NCBI GenBank assembly: GCA_963664435.2
Contig: CAXXKM010000001.1
Coordinates: 480,001 to 544,000 of the forward strand
Length of the DNA stretch: 64,000 nucleotides
Reading direction: 5' to 3'
Source of the DNA: Longimicrobiales bacterium
Lineage (GTDB): Bacteria > Gemmatimonadota > Gemmatimonadetes > Longimicrobiales > Gaopeijiaceae
The notes beneath the pieces are model-generated. The model saw only the letters and a program-made list of their open reading frames with translations. It did no database searches and was not told the DNA's origin. Each line of letters starts with the position of its first letter. Within the stretch, counting starts at the first letter, position 1. Shown one piece after another: positions 51,243 through 60,133 of the stretch. Made by a program: the position numbers and the translations under genes.

Positions 51243-51512
51243 ATGCGGATCGAGTTCGACGACGCGAAACGCGCCGAGACGATCAAGGCCCGAGCACTGG
51301 ATATGGCCCGGGCCGCAGACGTGTTCGCCGGCTCGACGTTGACCACTGAGGATGACCGACGGGACTACGGCGAGATTCGCTACATCACCATCGGTTTTCT
51401 TGACGAGACGATGGTGGTACTCGTCTGGACGCCCCGCGATCGCGCACACAGGATCATCAGCATGAGGAGGGCCAATGAACGAGAACGACGGCTCTACGGC
51501 CCGAGGTTTTGA
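51243..51512 (+). CDS. brnT: BrnT family toxin
   Basis: IEFDDAK, DDRRDYGEIRYITIG, VWTPR, RIISMRRANERE. Confidence 0.92.
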   Translation: MRIEFDDAKRAETIKARALDMARAADVFAGSTLTTEDDRRDYGEIRYITIGFLDETMVVLVWTPRDRAHRIISMRRANERERRLYGPRF

Positions 51513-51732
51513 CCCCGAGACGGCACCCGACCTCTCAAAGGACGGCTGGCCGGAGAAGTTCGCCAAGGCGCCCGTACGCCGGGGACGTCCTCGGAAGGCG
51601 CGGCCGAAAATATCGACCACCATCCGGCTGTCCCAGGAGGTCATCGACCACTTTCGCGCCGGAGGGCGCGGTTGGCAGACACGGATCGACCACGCACTGC
51701 GCGACTGGATCAAGCGGCACGACGTTGCCTGA
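51475..51732 (+). CDS. brnA: BrnA family antitoxin
   Basis: RRGRP, TIRLSQEVIDHFRAGGRGWQTRIDHALR. Confidence 0.92.
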   Translation: MNENDGSTARGFDPETAPDLSKDGWPEKFAKAPVRRGRPRKARPKISTTIRLSQEVIDHFRAGGRGWQTRIDHALRDWIKRHDVA

Positions 51733-51821
51733 GGCGAAACTCCCGCGAGGTCGTTGAGTCGAGCGAACCCGAAGGGGCGCGCCATTGACCCGCGCACGGC
51801 TGGCCAACTTCGCCACCTCAA

Positions 51822-51894
51822 TGGAGCCAGCCGGAATCGAACCGGCGACCTCCTGCTTGCAAAGCAGGCGCTCTCCCGACTGAGCTATGGCCCC
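51822..51894 (-). tRNA. tRNA-Ala(TGC)
   Basis: GGGGCCATAGCTCAGTCGGGAGAGCGCCTGCTTTGCAAGCAGGAGGTCGCCGGTTCGATTCCGGCTGGCTCCA; cloverleaf, G3:U70, CCA not encoded. Confidence 0.97.
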
Positions 51895-52100
51895 TTGACC
51901 GAGCTGCGACCCCGCGTGCGCGGGATTGCGATGATCTTCTGTCCCGGCAGATCCGCGCGTGACCGGCGGGCAGGCGGGAATCTAGGAGCGCGCGCCGATC
52001 CGTTCCAGTCTCGGGCCCGGGCGCCGGATCCGCGGCCTGGGCGCGACGCGTCTCCGCCGGGGCTGCCCACCGTGTCGCCGCCAAGGTATACTGTCGCACC

Positions 52101-52697
52101 ATGTCCGCCGCCCGAACATCCCTCCCGGGAGCCGTCTTCCTCGACCTCTACGGCACGGTCGCGCACGAGGTGGGCTACATCAATCATCCCGATCGCTTCC
52201 GCCTGCACGACTTCTCGGGCGAGGCCATACACCTGCTCAACCAGGCCGGCTACCGGGTGTTCGTGGCCACCAACCAGTCGGGGATCGCGCGCGGATACTT
52301 CACCGAGGACGTGCTGAACGAGGTGCACCGCCGCCTGGTCGACGGGCTGGCGCGCGACGGAGCACGCGTGGAGGCCGTGTACCACTGCCCGCATCTCCCT
52401 CCCGAGGGAAGGCCTGCGGTGTGCGACTGCCGCAAGCCCCTTCCGGGGATGCTGCACAGGGCGGCGCGCGAGTACGGGGTGGACCTGGCCTCGTCCTGGA
52501 TGGCCGGGGACATGATTACGGACGTGGAGACCGGACATGCCGCGGGGGCGCGCGGGATTCTGCTGCGCACCGGCTACGGGCGTGGCCAGATCGAGTATCA
52601 GCGCCATCGCTGGCGCGTCGAGCCCGACCTGATCTGCGACGATCTGCTCGCGGCCGCACACGCGATCGCGGCCGCGCTGCCGAAGGACCCCCGGTGA
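52101..52697 (+). CDS. gmhB: D-glycero-D-manno-heptose 1,7-bisphosphate phosphatase (HAD), variant motif I
   Basis: FLDLYGT, TNQSGIARG, CPH...CDCRKP, GD...D. Confidence 0.85.
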   Translation: MSAARTSLPGAVFLDLYGTVAHEVGYINHPDRFRLHDFSGEAIHLLNQAGYRVFVATNQSGIARGYFTEDVLNEVHRRLVDGLARDGARVEAVYHCPHLPPEGRPAVCDCRKPLPGMLHRAAREYGVDLASSWMAGDMITDVETGHAAGARGILLRTGYGRGQIEYQRHRWRVEPDLICDDLLAAAHAIAAALPKDPR

Positions 52698-52708
52698 GGA
52701 GGGAGGAG

Positions 52709-53719
52709 ATGGACTCCGACGGCCAGTTGAAGCGCGCGCGCAACGGAGCGTTGAAGGTTCTCGACGCACTCGCCGGCCGCCGCGTCCTGGTGGCGGGCGA
52801 CTTTCTGCTCGACCGCTATCTCGTCGGCAAGACGACACGCCTCTCCCGGGAGGCTCCCGTGGTCATCATCGAGCACGAGAGCGACGGTGCGAACCTGGGG
52901 GGCGCGGGCAACGCCGCCCGCAATGTGCGCGCGCTGGGCGGGGAGCCGATCCCGCTGGGGCTGGTGGGAAAGGACCGCGAGGGAGACCAGGTGGTCGAAC
53001 TGCTCCGCGCCGCCGGCGTCGATACGGGCGGAATCCTGCGTGATCCGGAGCGCCGAACCGTCACCAAGACCCGGATCCTCGCGGGAGCGGCCAATACGGC
53101 CAGGCAGCAGGTGTTGCGGATCGACCAGGGTGGGGAATACGGAGCCAGCCGGATCGACCGCCTCGTCCGGCGTGCGCGGGAACTGCTCCCCGAGGTGGAC
53201 GCAGTACTGCTCTCGGATTACGGGTATGCGACCCTGGCGCCGCCGGTGCGTTCATGTCTGATCCAGGCGGCACGCACGCGCGGTCTCCCCTCATGCGCAG
53301 ATTCGCGCTATCGGTTGTACGAGTTCCAGGGCGTTACGGTGGCCACCCCGAACGAGGAGGAGCTGGCGGGCGTTTCGGGCCGCGTTTTGCGGAGCGATGC
53401 GGATGTCGTGATGGCGGGGAGAGAGCTCCTGAGCCGCCTGAACGCCCGCGCCATCGTGGTTACGCGCGGAAGCCGGGGCATGAGCGTTCTTGAAGGAACC
53501 GGGTATTGCCGGAACATTCCGCCCGCGCGCCAGGGAGAGGTGGCGGACGTGACCGGCGCAGGCGACACGGTGGCCAGTGCGCTGGTGCTGGGGCTCGCGG
53601 TCGGCTGCGAAGTCCTGAGCGCGGCGGTGCTGGCAAACGCGGCCGCTTCGGTGGTGGTGGCGCGGCGCGGCGCGGCGACCGCTACCGCCGCCGAGGTGGC
53701 CCGTGCGCTGCGGGGGTGA
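52709..53719 (+). CDS. hldA: Heptose-7-phosphate kinase (RfaE domain I, PfkB family)
   Basis: GDFLLDRY, RLSREAPV, GGAGNAA, LSDYG, TPN, DVTGAGDT. Confidence 0.88.
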   Translation: MDSDGQLKRARNGALKVLDALAGRRVLVAGDFLLDRYLVGKTTRLSREAPVVIIEHESDGANLGGAGNAARNVRALGGEPIPLGLVGKDREGDQVVELLRAAGVDTGGILRDPERRTVTKTRILAGAANTARQQVLRIDQGGEYGASRIDRLVRRARELLPEVDAVLLSDYGYATLAPPVRSCLIQAARTRGLPSCADSRYRLYEFQGVTVATPNEEELAGVSGRVLRSDADVVMAGRELLSRLNARAIVVTRGSRGMSVLEGTGYCRNIPPARQGEVADVTGAGDTVASALVLGLAVGCEVLSAAVLANAAASVVVARRGAATATAAEVARALRG

Positions 53720-53735
53720 TTGCGGGACCCGGGAT

Positions 53736-54152
53736 TCAGAGCACGACGACGACGACGAGCGCCTCCCACAGGGGCGTGCGCGGAGACTGTACGACTCCAT
53801 CCAGGTGGTCCCGGTGCCACCTGAAGCCGCAGGGAAAGAAGGATCCTTCGACCGGATCGATGCTTGTGTAGGGGCTTTCCGCGTTCTCCCGGACGAAGCA
53901 GCCGATCCACAGCCAGCGCACTCGGTCCATGTCCCCGGCCTCCGGAGGAAGATGGGCCACGCCGACCCCGGTCGCGGTCAGCTGTCCCCTGAAGCCGAAG
54001 GTGTAGCCGCTGGAATCCTCCGGCCCATCGTATCCCGGCGGCGGTTGGGCAGCATCGAGCTGGCCGGGGATCCGCGGGATGTCCGCGGGGCCGGAAGAGT
54101 CTTCGGCACAGGCCCCGGCTAGCAGCAGGACGAGCGTCCACGCCCTCCTCAC
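53736..54152 (-). CDS. Hypothetical lipoprotein
   Basis: GTG start overlapping the amidase stop; LVLLLAGAC lipobox. Confidence 0.55.
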   Translation of the reverse strand: MRRAWTLVLLLAGACAEDSSGPADIPRIPGQLDAAQPPPGYDGPEDSSGYTFGFRGQLTATGVGVAHLPPEAGDMDRVRWLWIGCFVRENAESPYTSIDPVEGSFFPCGFRWHRDHLDGVVQSPRTPLWEALVVVVVL

Positions 54153-55888
54153 GCCTCCACCGCCCGGGCCGCGCGCAGGAGCGTGGCCTCGTCCCAGGGC
54201 TTCGCCACGAGCTGCACCGCGAGCGGCAGATCGTGCTCCCCGTTGCCGCAGGGAACGCTGATCGCGGGCCAGCCGAGCGCGTTGAAGAGATTGGTGAGGT
54301 CCGTCGAGGCGGGCATATCCAACAGAGGAGCCACTCCGGGCTGGCAAGGCAAGCTCAGCAGGTTCACCCGGTGGCACGCGGCATCCCACCGCCCGCGGAT
54401 CCAGTGCCGGAGCCGCTGCGCCCCGAGGAAGTCCTGCGCCGAGAAGGTGAAGGCGGCCACCAGGCGACCACGACAGAACTCGCCGTAGTCGTCGTAGTGG
54501 GTTCGCAGCATGGGTGCGTGATGCGCGGCGGCCTCCACGCCCAGCGTGAGCAGGGCAACCTGGCGCAGCATGTGGATCTCGTCGAGGTCGACTTCGACCA
54601 GGGTTGCGCCCGCATGCTCCAGCGCACGGTTGGCGCGCGCCCATGAACGCAGGGCTGCGTCCTGGAGGGGCGCGCCGAGGTGCAGGTCCGCGGGCACGCC
54701 CACGCGCAGACCCGACAGATCGGCCCGCGAACGGCGCGCGCCTTCCACCGGGTCTCGCGGCGGGCCGGGCATCGCGAAGGGCGGGGCCGGCCGGGTGCGC
54801 GCGTCGCGAGGGTCGGGTCCCGCGATGGCGGCCAGCACGAGCGCGGCATCGTCGACGCTGCGCGCAAGCGGACCCACATGGTCGAGGGACCAGGCCAGCG
54901 TCGCGCAACCGTGCAGGCTCGCGTGCCCGAAGGTGGGCTTGAGGCCCACCACCCCGCACAGCGCCGCCGGGATGCGGATCGAACCCCCCGTGTCCGTGCC
55001 CAGAGCCGCGTACACCATGCCGCGCGCGACCGCCGCCGCCGACCCGCTGCTCGACCCGCCCGCGTCGCGGGTGGGGTCGCGGGGGTTGGGCGTGGGGCCG
55101 TAGTGGGGGTTGGTCGACCCCGGCCAGTACGCGAATTCCGACAGCCGGGTCTTGCCCACGACGACCGCCCCCGCCGCGCGCAGGCGCTCCACCGCGGCCG
55201 CGTCGCGGTCGGTCACGTGATCCGCAAGGATTCTCGATCCGGCGGTGGTGACCGTGTCCTTCATGGCCAGGAGATCCTTGACCGCGACGGGAATCCCGTG
55301 CAGCGGCCCGCGCCACCTGCCGCCCGTCACTTCATCCTCCGCGCGACGCGCCGCCGCCCGCGCCTCTTCCGCCAGGACCAGCTGAAAGGCGTTGGCCCGG
55401 CCCCCGTCCTCTTCAATCCGGGTCAGCGCCTGCTCGGTCAGCTCGACCGGAGAAACCGCACCGGCGCGCACCAGCGGCGCCAGCTCGGCGATCGTCGAAG
55501 GCCAGGCCATCCGGTCGTCGCACCGCGGCGGCGTAGTCTGCCGATGCGATTCGGCGTCCCTCCCGGCTTCGTCACGCGCGCGATCCGGTCCGGCGCGAGA
55601 AGATGCAGGGGGCGTCCCGGCGGGCGAGCCCGAAGCCGCTTCCGCCGCGCCGTCCCCTTCCCCACCCGGCTCCAGCCCCGCGAGCGACCATCCCGACAGG
55701 TTGTCCGGAATGCAGTCGTCCCCCGTGGCCGCAAGCAACGCGCGCAGGAACGCCGCCCGCTCCGGGATGCCCTCAGCCACCACCCGCTCGATGTCCCCTT
55801 CCCGGGCCGGAATGCCCGCCGAGCGCAGGTTGGCCCGAAGACTCTCGACGGCGAGGTCCCTATCGCGTGAAGACACTGCGGACGACAA
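54149..55888 (-). CDS. Amidase (GatA-like) with N-terminal extension
   Basis: GPLHGIPVAVKD, GGSSSGS, GTDTGGSIRIP. Confidence 0.88.
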   Translation of the reverse strand: MSSAVSSRDRDLAVESLRANLRSAGIPAREGDIERVVAEGIPERAAFLRALLAATGDDCIPDNLSGWSLAGLEPGGEGDGAAEAASGSPAGTPPASSRAGPDRARDEAGRDAESHRQTTPPRCDDRMAWPSTIAELAPLVRAGAVSPVELTEQALTRIEEDGGRANAFQLVLAEEARAAARRAEDEVTGGRWRGPLHGIPVAVKDLLAMKDTVTTAGSRILADHVTDRDAAAVERLRAAGAVVVGKTRLSEFAYWPGSTNPHYGPTPNPRDPTRDAGGSSSGSAAAVARGMVYAALGTDTGGSIRIPAALCGVVGLKPTFGHASLHGCATLAWSLDHVGPLARSVDDAALVLAAIAGPDPRDARTRPAPPFAMPGPPRDPVEGARRSRADLSGLRVGVPADLHLGAPLQDAALRSWARANRALEHAGATLVEVDLDEIHMLRQVALLTLGVEAAAHHAPMLRTHYDDYGEFCRGRLVAAFTFSAQDFLGAQRLRHWIRGRWDAACHRVNLLSLPCQPGVAPLLDMPASTDLTNLFNALGWPAISVPCGNGEHDLPLAVQLVAKPWDEATLLRAARAVEA

Positions 55889-56780
55889 ATCCCAGGTTGG
55901 CGGGCCGCTCCGCCAGACGGCGCATGTACCACGGATACCAGTGTGGGCCGTAGCTGATGAGCACCCGCACCGGGATCCCGCGTCGCCTCAGCGCCAGCTG
56001 TTCGCGCGCCCGAATCCCGTAGAGCATCTGCACTTCGAACGCGTCCCGGGGCAGGCCCATCTCCCGAGCTTCGTCCAGGATGCGGCCGAGCAGGACGGTG
56101 TCGTGGGTGGCGAGTCCGTGGGGCGCGGCCGGATTCGCGTTCTCGAGCATGAGCCGGGTCAGGACCATGAAGTTCTCGTCCACATCCGGCTTGCGCGGCC
56201 AGGCGATGTCGGCCGGTTCCTGATAGGCTCCCTTCACCAGCCGCAGGCGGGCGCCCACCGCGAGCAGCCGCTCGACGTCCGCGGCCGTGCGGTACAGGTA
56301 CGCCTGCACGCAGAGGCCGAGGTTGGGATGCCGGGCCAGGGTGGTGGTGAAGATGTCCAGCGTCTCGTCGAGGTAGGGCGACGCCTCCATGTCCACCCAC
56401 ACGACGTTCCCATGCTCCGCTGCCGCCACCGCCAACCGTTCCAGATTGGCCTGCGCCACCTCCTGTCCCAGGTCCTGGCCGAGCTGGGTCAGCTTGATGG
56501 AGATCTGGCTGTTCAGCTCCATTCCGGCGATCCGACCCGGCAGTCCGAGGTAATGCTGCACGACTTTCTCGATCTCGTCGCGGTCGTCGAGGGCTTCGCC
56601 GAGCTTTGTGAACACCGTCGAGATGTCGTGTTCACCGAGTCTTCGGGCGGCCTCAAGCGCCGCGCCGGCGGTCTCGCCGGGCATGAAGCGCGCGACCGCC
56701 CGGCGTGCGAACCCGCGATGTCGCATCTGGCGCTCGAGCCACGCGTTCTCGGAGGCCCAGAGCAGAACCTGGCGCAGCAT
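55860..56780 (-). CDS. Monofunctional proline dehydrogenase
   Basis: RFMPGE, SIKLTQLG, DME, QAYLYR, RLVKGAY, ATHD, QMLYG, RRLAERP. Confidence 0.92.
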   Translation of the reverse strand: MLRQVLLWASENAWLERQMRHRGFARRAVARFMPGETAGAALEAARRLGEHDISTVFTKLGEALDDRDEIEKVVQHYLGLPGRIAGMELNSQISIKLTQLGQDLGQEVAQANLERLAVAAAEHGNVVWVDMEASPYLDETLDIFTTTLARHPNLGLCVQAYLYRTAADVERLLAVGARLRLVKGAYQEPADIAWPRKPDVDENFMVLTRLMLENANPAAPHGLATHDTVLLGRILDEAREMGLPRDAFEVQMLYGIRAREQLALRRRGIPVRVLISYGPHWYPWYMRRLAERPANLGFVVRSVFTR

Positions 56781-57017
56781 GGCTAGTGCTCCTCCGGGGC
56801 GCGCGCGCAGCAAGGTCGCGGGTCGGGATCGACTTCGTCGGGCATCCTGGTTCCCCCTGATGTAGCGCGGAGTGAGGCAGTATACGCCGGCCCGGTCAGG
56901 TCGGCCAAGCCAGCGGCCGCGGCTTCATAACCTCTCCAGCATCACTTGTGCCAACTCCGCGCCTCACGCCCCTGCCTTCAACTGGAGCCACGACCCGCCT
57001 CCGCATAGGTTGGGTCC

Positions 57018-57782
57018 ATGCTCAAGACCCTGCTTCTCGAAGAGATGACCTGGCCGGAGGTGGAGGCGGCGCTGGCCGAAGGGTTTACGTCGGTCGTGGT
57101 GGCCGTGGGCGCGATCGAACAGCATGGAAGGCACCTGCCGCTGCTGGTGGATGCGGCGCGCGGCGACCGGCTGGCTCTTGAAGTGGCGCGCCGTCTGGGG
57201 CGCAGCGCCGTGGGTCCCACGATCCGCGTGGGATGCTCCGAGCACCACATGGGCTTCGCCGGCACGATATCGCTCAGAGGAAACACCCTCAAGGCGGTCT
57301 GCCTGGACTACGTGACCAGCCTCGCGCGCCACGGCTTCCGCACCGTGTACCTGGTGCCGTCCCACGGAGGCAACTTCGCGCCCCTCGCGGCCATGCTGGA
57401 CGAACTCCGGGCCGCCGGGGCACCCGATTGCGAAGTCCACGCCTACACCAATCTGCTGGAGTTCGTGGGGTTGTGGGAGGGCGCGGTGCGGGAGGTGGCG
57501 CGCGAACTCACCCCGCGCGTGGGGGGGCACGCCGACATCGCGGAGAGTTCGGAGATGCTGTGCATCCGCCCCGATCTGGTGCGGGAGGAGTTGGCCGAGG
57601 CGGGGTACGTCGGCGGCTTCGACGCGGCGCTGGCGGAGCGGATCTTCGGGGAGGGGCTGCGCGCCGTCACACCCAACGGCGTGCTGGGCGACCCCCGCGG
57701 GATGAGTCGCGAGATCGGGGAGCGGTGCATCGCCCGCGCGGCCGATGGCGTCGCGGCGGCGCTCCAGGCAGTCCGCGGATGA
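57018..57782 (+). CDS. Creatininase family amidohydrolase
   Basis: EQHGRHLPL, SEHH.GFAGT, SHGGN, HADIAESS. Confidence 0.9.
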   Translation: MLKTLLLEEMTWPEVEAALAEGFTSVVVAVGAIEQHGRHLPLLVDAARGDRLALEVARRLGRSAVGPTIRVGCSEHHMGFAGTISLRGNTLKAVCLDYVTSLARHGFRTVYLVPSHGGNFAPLAAMLDELRAAGAPDCEVHAYTNLLEFVGLWEGAVREVARELTPRVGGHADIAESSEMLCIRPDLVREELAEAGYVGGFDAALAERIFGEGLRAVTPNGVLGDPRGMSREIGERCIARAADGVAAALQAVRG

Positions 57783-57831
57783 AGCCGCCCGGGCGCCGCG
57801 AGCGGCGAGTGCATCCGCGGGCTTCCGCAGG

Positions 57832-58800
57832 ATGAATCCGGCCGTGCCCATCGACCTGGCCGACATACGGGCCGCGCGCGAGCGCATCGCCGGGGCCGCC
57901 ATCCGCACGCCGCTGGTACGCCTGGAGGCGCCCGGGGCGAACGCCGAGGTGTGGCTCAAGCTCGAGTGCCTGCAACCCATCGGGTCGTTCAAGATCCGGG
58001 GCGCCGCCAACGCCATGGCGCTCGCCCATCCCGCGCTTCTCGCGCGCGGCGTCTACACCGGAAGCGCGGGCAACATGGCCCAGGGCGTCGCGTACGAGGC
58101 CCGCCGGCGCGGAATTCCCTGCCGGGTGATCGTCCCGGACACCGCGCCCGCGGCCAAGCTGGACGCCATCGCCCGGCTGGGGGCGACCGCCGTCCCGGTG
58201 TCGTTCGCGGAGTGGTGGGGGGTGTTGCGCGACCACGGCCATCCCGGCGAGGAGGGCCTTTTCGTCCACCCGGTCAGCGACCCCGACGTGATCGCCGGCA
58301 ACGGCACCATCGGGCTCGAGGTAGTGGAGGACCTTCCGGACGTGCGCGCCGTGGTGGTGCCCTTCGGCGGCGGCGGCCTGTCGTGCGGGATCGCCACGGC
58401 CGTGCGCGCGCTTCGGCCGGAAGCGCGGGTGTTCGCGGCCGAGGTGGAGACGGCGGCGCCGCTGGCGGCCTCGCTGGACGCGGGCCGGCCGGTGGAGGTC
58501 CCGCACAGGCGGTCGTTCGTGGACGGAATCGGGGCCACCGGCCTGCTGCCCGGGATGTGGCCGCTGGCCCGCGCGCTGCTGGCCGGGTCGCGGGTGGTGT
58601 CGCTCGAGGACGTCCGCGGGGCGATCCGGCTGCTCGCCGAGCGCGCACACATTGTCGCGGAGGGGGCGGGTGGGGCGGGGGTCGCGGCAGCGCTGGGGGG
58701 CCTGCCCGGCGTCGACGACGGGCCCGTCGTCGCGGTGGTTTCGGGCGGCAACATCGACGCGCGCGTCCTCGCGGCCATCCTGGAAGGCCGGACGCCCTGA
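57832..58800 (+). CDS. PLP-dependent threonine/serine dehydratase family enzyme
   Basis: LQPIGSFKIRGA, SAGN, PFGGGGL, SGGN. Confidence 0.9.
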   Translation: MNPAVPIDLADIRAARERIAGAAIRTPLVRLEAPGANAEVWLKLECLQPIGSFKIRGAANAMALAHPALLARGVYTGSAGNMAQGVAYEARRRGIPCRVIVPDTAPAAKLDAIARLGATAVPVSFAEWWGVLRDHGHPGEEGLFVHPVSDPDVIAGNGTIGLEVVEDLPDVRAVVVPFGGGGLSCGIATAVRALRPEARVFAAEVETAAPLAASLDAGRPVEVPHRRSFVDGIGATGLLPGMWPLARALLAGSRVVSLEDVRGAIRLLAERAHIVAEGAGGAGVAAALGGLPGVDDGPVVAVVSGGNIDARVLAAILEGRTP

Positions 58801-58862
58801 CGCTCCCCCCGCAAGGGTCGCCGGCCGGAACTCCGCGGCCCCGCGCGACGTACCTACCCGGC

Positions 58863-59534
58863 ATGAGCCCCCAGACCAAACGACGTCTCGCCTTCCTCGC
58901 CGGCTTCGCCCTCTACTTCGGAGCGATCTGGTTCGCCTGGGACACGCCCGTGGTCTATCCGCTCAAGGTCTTCGTGGTGCTGCTCCACGAGATCAGCCAC
59001 GGCATCGCCGCGCTCGCTACCGGAGGCACCATCCAGGGCATCGAACTCGACCCGGCCCAGGGCGGCGTGTGCTACTGTCCCGGCGGGAACGCGTTCCTGA
59101 CACTGTCTGCAGGATACCTGGGCAGTCTGGGCTGGGGGGCGCTGCTGCTCATGGGTGCGCGCGCCGGCGCGCGTCCGTCACGGTGGATCGTCGGCGTGGT
59201 GGGCGTGATGGTGGTCGTGCTGACGCTGCTGTACGTGCGCAACGGCTTCGGCTTCGGCTTCGGCCTGCTCTTCGGGCTGGCGCTCTTCGCTTCGGCGGCG
59301 AAGCTCCCCGCACGGGCGAACCGGGTACTGCTCACCGCGCTCGGACTCACCAGCTGCCTGTACGCCATCCTCGACATCAAGAGCGACGTCATCGACCGCC
59401 CGGAACTCCAGTCCGACGCGCGCATGCTCGCCGAGATGACCGGTATCCCCACCATGGTCTGGGGATTCCTGTGGATCGGGATCGGGATCGCGGTTGCACT
59501 GATGCTCTTCCGCAAGGCGTTCCGGGAAGCTTAG
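58863..59534 (+). CDS. Peptidase M50B-like membrane protein
   Basis: HEISH zinc motif, AGYLG, SDA; multiple TMs. Confidence 0.85.
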   Translation: MSPQTKRRLAFLAGFALYFGAIWFAWDTPVVYPLKVFVVLLHEISHGIAALATGGTIQGIELDPAQGGVCYCPGGNAFLTLSAGYLGSLGWGALLLMGARAGARPSRWIVGVVGVMVVVLTLLYVRNGFGFGFGLLFGLALFASAAKLPARANRVLLTALGLTSCLYAILDIKSDVIDRPELQSDARMLAEMTGIPTMVWGFLWIGIGIAVALMLFRKAFREA

Positions 59535-59681
59535 GCGGCAATCCCGGCGCGCGGGATCGGGCCGGACCCGACTGCGGGCCCGGGGGCTCGCTGCGCCAGC
59601 CGGATCCGTCGTCAATCGTGAGCCTGGCGTCTGATGCCCGCAGTGCCGGAAACAAATGATCCCCGGCGTCCGGGCCTCTGC

Positions 59682-59710
59682 TTGCCACCGGGGTCAAGGG
59701 CTTGTAATTT
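59682..59710 (+). promoter_or_regulatory. Putative sigma70 promoter
   Basis: TTGCCA-17 bp-TAATTT. Confidence 0.5.
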
Positions 59711-59843
59711 TTCGCAACCACTCCCATTGGGGGGGTGGCGGGACGGCTGGAGAATCGCTCAGACGGCGTTCTCCGACGTACCGCGGGCCTGCGGGCCCGC
59801 CGGTGTTCGGCCCGATGTCGACTCATGAAAAGGAGGTGATCAA

Positions 59844-59897
59844 TTGTCTAGTCCAAGTACCCTGTTCAGCCTGGCATGGGCAAGCGATCGCCGTTAG
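59844..59897 (+). CDS. Candidate 17-aa small peptide MSSPSTLFSLAWASDRR
   Basis: Very long SD AAGGAGGTGATC immediately upstream of a TTG start. Confidence 0.4.
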   Translation: MSSPSTLFSLAWASDRR

Positions 59898-59960
59898 CCG
59901 AGTGATCGTATCTGTTCGGGCCAGCGGCCATCGTGCCGGGCTGAGCAGAACACGCTGAGA

Positions 59961-59995
59961 GAAGGCGCCGTCGGACCGGTTCCGGCGGCGCCTTC
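59961..59995 (+). terminator. Strong GC hairpin (terminator-like)
   Basis: gaaggcgccgtcgga-ccggt-tccggcggcgccttc; weak U-tract. Confidence 0.55.
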
Positions 59996-60133
59996 GTCGT
60001 GCGTGCGCGGTGGTGTCGCGCCATCGCGATGCAGCTATCGTTGTAGATGCGGCTGCACGAGATGCTGGTCGTTTTCGCCATTCACCCAACCGGGAGTGCC
60101 CGGACCGCTTCGCGGGAGGCGGAGGCATGAGAC

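Larger units (their letters stand above)
51037..51861. mobile_element. Minimal tRNA-Ala-integrated islet carrying brnTA
   Basis: Flanking 42-bp direct repeats; only two genes inside; no integrase. Confidence 0.8.

Noticed and set aside
59829..59841. 16S rRNA 3'-end fragment on the minus strand
   Set aside because: The match is only ~13 nt and the flanks are not rRNA-like; interpreted as an extended SD.
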